Below are positions 58,301 to 64,000 of a stretch of 64,000 nucleotides of DNA, piece after piece; positions within the stretch are counted from its first letter, which is position 1, and each line of letters starts with the position of its first letter. The stretch is from Eledone cirrhosa (taxonomy: Eukaryota). Below the pieces are notes generated by a model. That model had not been told where the DNA came from, searched no databases, and saw only the letters and a list, made by a program, of their open reading frames with translations. Location: NCBI GenBank assembly GCA_964016885.1, contig OZ024742.1:265360001-265424000 (forward strand). The letters are read 5' to 3'. A program made the translations under genes and the position numbers.

Positions 58301-58960
58301 TCTACCACTAAGTTTAGGATATCAACCAAATCTTGTCCTAGCCCGTCAGCATTCATCTCCTCAATGGCCGTATCTTTGTTCCAGGTATTATTTATTTCAG
58401 CATTCAAATCATTGTCTGCTTCGGATGGTTCCTCCGTTCTCTCAACCTCTTCACCTTCATTTCCCACTGGCTCGTTTGCCTGGCATACTCCATTCTCCAT
58501 TTCCAAGCTAATCTCTCTGCTCAGTTCCTCCAGTTCCAGCTCGCTTATCCACCCATTAGTTCTTATTACCCGAGCCTGCCCGGCCAATTTTTGTTCATCT
58601 AATTTAAATAGACCAATCTCGTTCCAGATGTTATGCATCCGTTTCCTATAGCCTTTCTCCTTGGGGTTGCTCTTCAGGTAACATTGCATAACAGTTCTAT
58701 TCAATTCTTTCGTCCAGTTGGTTCTGGTCCCTTTCCTTCTTCTTCTTTCTCCGACACCAGCAGTATTTGATTGACAGCCAGGTCCCTGCTGCTGAGCCAG
58801 GGAGCACCTGCTGGGTGAGAGTCTGTCACATGACATTCTAGTCTCCACTTCACCGTTATTCGAACTGTTTAGGTTCGACATTTAAACACTCTTATCGAGG
58901 ATTGGTGAATGTATGGTTACATAACCACCGGTGATTTCGTCACTCCCAGTGATTTTTGTG
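55386..58960 (-). mobile_element. Near full-length R4/Dong-type retrotransposon (N-terminal domain, RT, CCHC, REL), frameshifted
   Basis: ATG at 58881; [44 protein letters not shown]...HIVSEC, RPDLVVVDK...IVDMACP; 3' end runs into (AAT)n. Confidence 0.95.
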
Positions 58961-59175
58961 TGGCACTATCACGCTGTAGACGAACATAAATAAACAAACA
59001 AACAAACAGGCAAAAAAAAAAAAGAATAAGCATAAGTTTCATTGTAATGTAATGTTTGAATGTCTGACTTAGTTTTTCCCTTCCCTTCTCTGTCCGTCTG
59101 TTCATTTTTCTTTTCTTTACGTTTTTCGTTGTTGCTGTGCTGCTTTGATTTTGATTTTTGGTTATTATTATTATT

Positions 59176-59328
59176 ACGCCATGCTTTGACGCATAGAGTT
59201 ACTGCCCTTGCCATTCTGAGTTCAAATCCCCCCAAGGTTAACTTTGCCTTTCATCCTTACGGGGTCGATAAAATAAAGTACCAGTAATACACTGATTAAT
59301 TGTTGGCCTTGTGCCAAAAGTAGAAACA

Positions 59329-59400
<72 letters not shown>
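59176..59400 (+). mobile_element. SINE with long (ATT)n tail
   Basis: Main SINE family, 5'-truncated. Confidence 0.88.
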
Positions 59401-59744
59401 GGCGACCTACGTAGTAAATCGTATCATCGTGAGCTCCGCAAAGGTTTGTTATTTCCGTTTGTTAAAAATTGTCATTTATGGAAAATTTTATTGTTAACTG
59501 TTTATAAGCGCACATACATTGTTTTCCGAAAAGGACACCCAAAAAGATTGGGGGCTTGTGCCCAAAATTTAAACTTTTATTATTATCAAAAAAATTTCTT
59601 TGAAAAAAATGGGTAGTTCACCTCTGCACGAAGCAGGTGAAAGCCTTCCTCACAAAATAACACCTCACACCGACACCACCATTGTAAATGTTACTACGTT
59701 TGCCAACACAAAAATAAAATATAAGCACTAGCAATATTTTAAAT

Positions 59745-61083
59745 TTGTCTCAGGCAGACATTCATTTCCCGCCATTACCAATGACTGCAGGTGTTAAAGC
59801 CTCCACCACCACCACCACCGCGACAACCACCACCACCACCACCACCACCGCGACAACAGAAACAAAAGAAGAAAAAAATAAATTAACTCGTGATGTCGAA
59901 ATGAAATCAAGCAAAATGGACTCTTCCCCACCAAAGACGACTGACGTCACCACCACCACAACTGAAACTAAAATTAATATTAACACAAATAACGATAGCA
60001 ACAACAACAACAATGACATTATAAAAACGCCCCTCAGTTTTGCAATAGTAGCAAAACAGTTCGAAGCATATACGGTAACTCAGAAGGATTTAGAAAATGC
60101 CAAACAAATGGTGAAGAAAGATGGGTACAGGGTCAGACTCACCCCCCCCCCCCCCCACCTAATAAAATGGAGCAACGGCGCCTATGCACCGTGTCCTATA
60201 GAACAATAAATGTAAAATCGCGCCGAGTGGAACGGGCATCCGAGTCCCAAATCCAAAAAGCTTTGGGACATGTGTGGGCAAGAAAAACCCACATCAGACG
60301 TGGGAAAAAGTATGGAACCGTGGACGTGTTCTTTGAAACACCAGAGGAGGATAGAGAACACTCCATGGCCCCATTAAGAAGTGACGACTTCACACTCGTC
60401 CCAAGCTATTGTGGCCAGAGACTCGTAAAGATCAGGGTGACCCACGTTCCACCGGCCATCGAAATTCCCTGGCTAATAGCGGCTGTCCTCGCCGGCATCG
60501 AAGCCAACACGAAAATAATAGCAATAGCAAAAGAAAAGCAGGAGAACTGGTCCGGATCTGGGATGGAGCTCCTGATCCAAGCGGACCAAAAAAGCATTGA
60601 GGAGATCCCAGAGGTAATAGACCTCACTGACGGCAGCCACCTCACGGCAATTGTCGAGGGCAGAAGACCTAGGTGTGTCGTTTGTGGTGAAGGAACCCAC
60701 CTAAGGGCTTTCTGCCCTCAGGCTAAAAGGTTGAGGCCACCTCTTCTACCCACCCCAGTGACACAACCATCAACACCACCAGTAGCAGAGATGGCAGCAA
60801 CAACTGTAGCAGCAACAACAGAAGCAATTATTACACTACATCCAACACAACACCAGCATCACAGAAAAAGACTACACAACAACCCCAAAATTCACACCAC
60901 CTCCACACATACAAATCACTCGCATCACACAGAAAACGTATATGACACTAAAACAAAAATTCCCCAAAGACATCGGAGACTTCCGACAAGCACTCTCCAG
61001 GAGGATTTATAAGGACATCCTTCCTGAGGAGGCCACAAGCAGTGAAAAGGATGGAAAAACCGTCCTTCCCCTACGAGAAGTAA
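59745..61083 (+). pseudogene. LINE ORF1 (gag-like, CCHC zinc knuckle), frameshifted
   Basis: IVEGRRPRCVVCGEGTHLRAFC; frame break at the poly-C run near 60143-60157; start position uncertain. Confidence 0.72.
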
Positions 61084-61122
61084 GGTAAGTGGTCTTTCCC
61101 ATCTTTTCCACTCCTTTTCAAC

Positions 61123-64000
61123 ATGACCTCACTCAGAATAGGCAGCATAAATGCGCGTGGCTTGGGGTCGTCATGGAAGCAGGGCCACCTGCTGAACGAC
61201 CTCAGGTCACTAAACATAGATGTAGTGGCCATCAGCGAGACCAGAATCTCCGAAGCACAGGCTTTCGCACCGATCTTCGGCGGCTGCGATGTGTACGCAT
61301 CTCCTAGCCGTCCGGGATCGGGGGGAGGAGTTGCTGTGCTTTTTCGGAGAGGTTTGGATCTTGCAATACGGGCCATCTTCCTGGACCCAGAAGGTAAGTT
61401 GGTGGTGCTGGACGTGACCAGCGGAGACGGCCAAGCTTTCAGGTTAGTGGCCGTCTATGCCCCGACAGGAGCAGGGCGGCCTGATTTCTTCCGGAATCTG
61501 GAGACCTTTCTTGGAACCTCCTGCTCTTTAGTGTTAGTGGGCGACTGGAACGGGATCTTAGATGCACGCTGGGATTGTGTGGGATTAGTGGATAGGGAAG
61601 GAGGGTGCAAGAGTCTCACCAACCTGCTCAGACGTTTTGAACTGTCTGACAGCTACCGAATGGATTTCCCGAATGTACCAATGTGGACTTGGACAAATCG
61701 CATAGGGTCATCCAGATCATATCTAGATAGAGTATTTTGTAGGGAAATAGATAGGTCTAACATAGGCTGTCCACAATTCAAGATAGTCAGCTACACGGAC
61801 CACAAATTCGTGATCTGTGTGCTTGACTTAGATAGGCTTCATAGACGAGGACCCGGCTACTGGAAGATAAACGCGTCCTTACCAGCGCGCAAGGCCTACA
61901 GAGACCGGATTAGCGAACTAGTTAAGCGGGCGTTGACGGGGGCCATCGTCAACAACAAGTGGTGGTTTGCTCTGAAAAGAGCAATTAGAATAGAGTCCAT
62001 TAGGTTTAGTAAGACTTTAGCAATAGAGAAAAATAGAGCAGAGGGAGAATTAGTTAGAAAATTAGATGAGGCGCTTAGCAAAGGCGTACTTGCTACGACG
62101 TATTTGCGACGTACTTGCGGCGAAATTGGCCCTTGACCAATTCTTCAATGCAAAGCACGAAGGCTGCGTTGTCAGAGCTAGGGTGCGTGCTCTCAGACAC
62201 GAGGGGACGAAAGCCGTTCAATGGGCCCGAGTGGCGGAGGCGCGTCGTGGCAACAAAGCCACGATCCGGTCTTTGGTGGACCACGACGGGCGCATGCTAC
62301 TCGATCCCGGGAAAATGTGTGAAGCTTTTCAGCGACACTTCGCTCAACTGTTCGGGGGCAGTGGCGGGCCGGATCGAGGGATGGACTTTAGTGTCTACCT
62401 CGACGGACTGCCACTGCTTTCGGCCACTGAGGCGGAGTGTTGCGAAAAGTCGATAACAACCGCTGAAGTACGGGATGCAATGACTAGTTGCACAAGGGGT
62501 AAATCGCCTGGTTTGGATGGTCTCCCCTATGAACTTTACGTACAAATGCCAAACTTGTTCGGAGGCCTCTTGGCAGACGTCTACTGCAACTGGCAACAGA
62601 ACGGGAGAATTCCCAGCTCTGTGAGCCGAGGAGCGGTGGCGCTGCTGAGAAAGGATCCGAACAAGGGGGATAACATAGATAATTTTAGGCCCATAACTCT
62701 GCTAAACACAGAGTTCAAGATTTTGGCCAAGGTGCTAGCAAAGAGGTTGGCGCTTGTCGTTGGTGGTCTGGTGGGAGAGGCACAGACATGCGCCATTCCC
62801 GACAGATCCATCCACGACAACCTCCACCTCATGCGATACATCGTAGAGAGGGTAGCTAGGGAACCTTGCACGGGTGGGTCTTTGATCAATTTAGATCCGT
62901 CGAAAGCCTTCGATAGGGTCGACCATCGTTACCTAGAGGCAGTCCTGAGAGCGGCTGGCTTTGGGCCCGTCTTCAGAGGCTGGATCGCTGCCATGCACAG
63001 CAACATCTGCTCTGTAGTGAGAGTGAACGGTCACCTTTCGGAACCGTTCAACATCATGCGCCCGGTCCGCCAAGGATGTCCCCTCTCGTCCCTATTGTAC
63101 GTATTGACTCTCGAGCCATTACTGCACAAACTGGAGACGTTGAGGGGGATCCCGCGCGAACTAGGATGCGGAAGATCCGTGTCAGCATATGCCGACGATG
63201 TCACGGTAGTGGTGTCGAACGTCAAACACATCGAGGCGATCGGCACTACACTAAGAGAATACGAAGCGGTGACAGGAGCAATGATCAACCAGGAAAAGTC
63301 AGTGGGTCTGCAGCTCGGCACCTGGAGAGGCAGGTCCATGCCGTCCAACAGCGTCGTCGGGCGCTGGACAGACGGACCGGTTAAATTGCTAGGGGTCTGG
63401 TTCGGTCCAGACCTCCAGACGGACAAAAACTGGGACGAGGTGACGAGCAGGGTGGCTTCTCTCACCCAGAAATGGGCCGAGAGGAAACTATCCCTGAAAG
63501 GTCGAGCGGAGGTGGCTAACGCGTACATAGCGTCCGTCATCTACTACCGCCTGACCGTCGTCCCTTGTCCTAAGCCCCGCCTGACTGCGCTGGAGCGTTT
63601 GCTCTTTCGCTTCTTGTGGAAGGGACGCGCTCCGATGGTCAGGCGGTCCATCTGCTGTCAACACCCGCTACGTGGAGGGCTGGGCATGCCGTGGCTGATG
63701 ATGCGCAGACACGCGCTCAGGCTACGACATCTCCACCTCTTCCTCGACAGTGATCAGGTGTGGTCGCCGTTTGCTAGACACGTTTTTCCCCAGCTCGTCT
63801 CCTTGACGGAGCTGCAGTCCTGGGTCAAGCGAAGACCGAGAGGGAGCGCTTGGAGACTGGAATGTCTTCAGGCGCTCACAGCCCTCGACCAATCGGGCAA
63901 TGTGATCGGTGGAAACTCCACCTTGGCGTTCTATAGGGGATTAGTGGAGGGGAAGAGCGACGACGTACTTGGAGAAACTCTAGGCGTCGACGAAAATCAA
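61123..64000 (+). CDS. LINE ORF2: AP endonuclease + reverse transcriptase (one frame break near 62090-62120; 3' partial)
   Basis: GSINARGL, ISET, AVYAP, GDWN, YLDR, TDH, GPGYWKIN; then KSPGLDGL, FRPITLLN, KAFDRVDH, VRQGCPLS, AYADDV at about 63188. Confidence 0.9.

Larger units (their letters stand above)
59401..64000 (+). mobile_element. L1/Tx1-type LINE, young, continues beyond the window
   Basis: 5' UTR, ORF1 with CCHC knuckle, ORF2 with AP endonuclease and RT. Confidence 0.93.

Noticed and set aside
57335-58651. Long plus-strand ORFs (176 aa and 147 aa)
   Set aside because: Antisense shadows of the Dong-type ORF.

Overview
AT-rich, microsatellite-dense animal genomic DNA with no confidently identifiable host protein-coding gene. 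The SINE families and the (TA)n/(CA)n/(TATG)n load suggest an octopus-like cephalopod, which is an inference. The window is mostly retroelements: at least six Penelope-like element (PLE) remnants with RT and/or GIY-YIG sequence, three R4/Dong-type REL retrotransposon copies, one near-intact and one decayed L1/Tx1-type LINE, RTE and CRE fragments, a hAT remnant and about 10 copies of a tRNA-derived SINE. The most striking layer is invisible in the ORF track: about 13 complete or near-complete minimal type I hammerhead ribozyme (HHR) motifs, from several sequence families, in PLE pseudo-LTRs. In addition, five small fold-back or inverted elements have inversion breakpoints in or next to HHR stem II. 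Other notable items are a 1.1-1.2 kb inverted pLTR pair around a PLE, an R4-type element flanked by (CATA)n on both sides, an RT-deleted R4 derivative, a back-to-back pair of tRNA-like heads, and an unexplained exon-like island with a 42-bp codon-phased repeat at about 20.9-21.6 kb. All calls were made by eye and coordinates of decayed elements are approximate.
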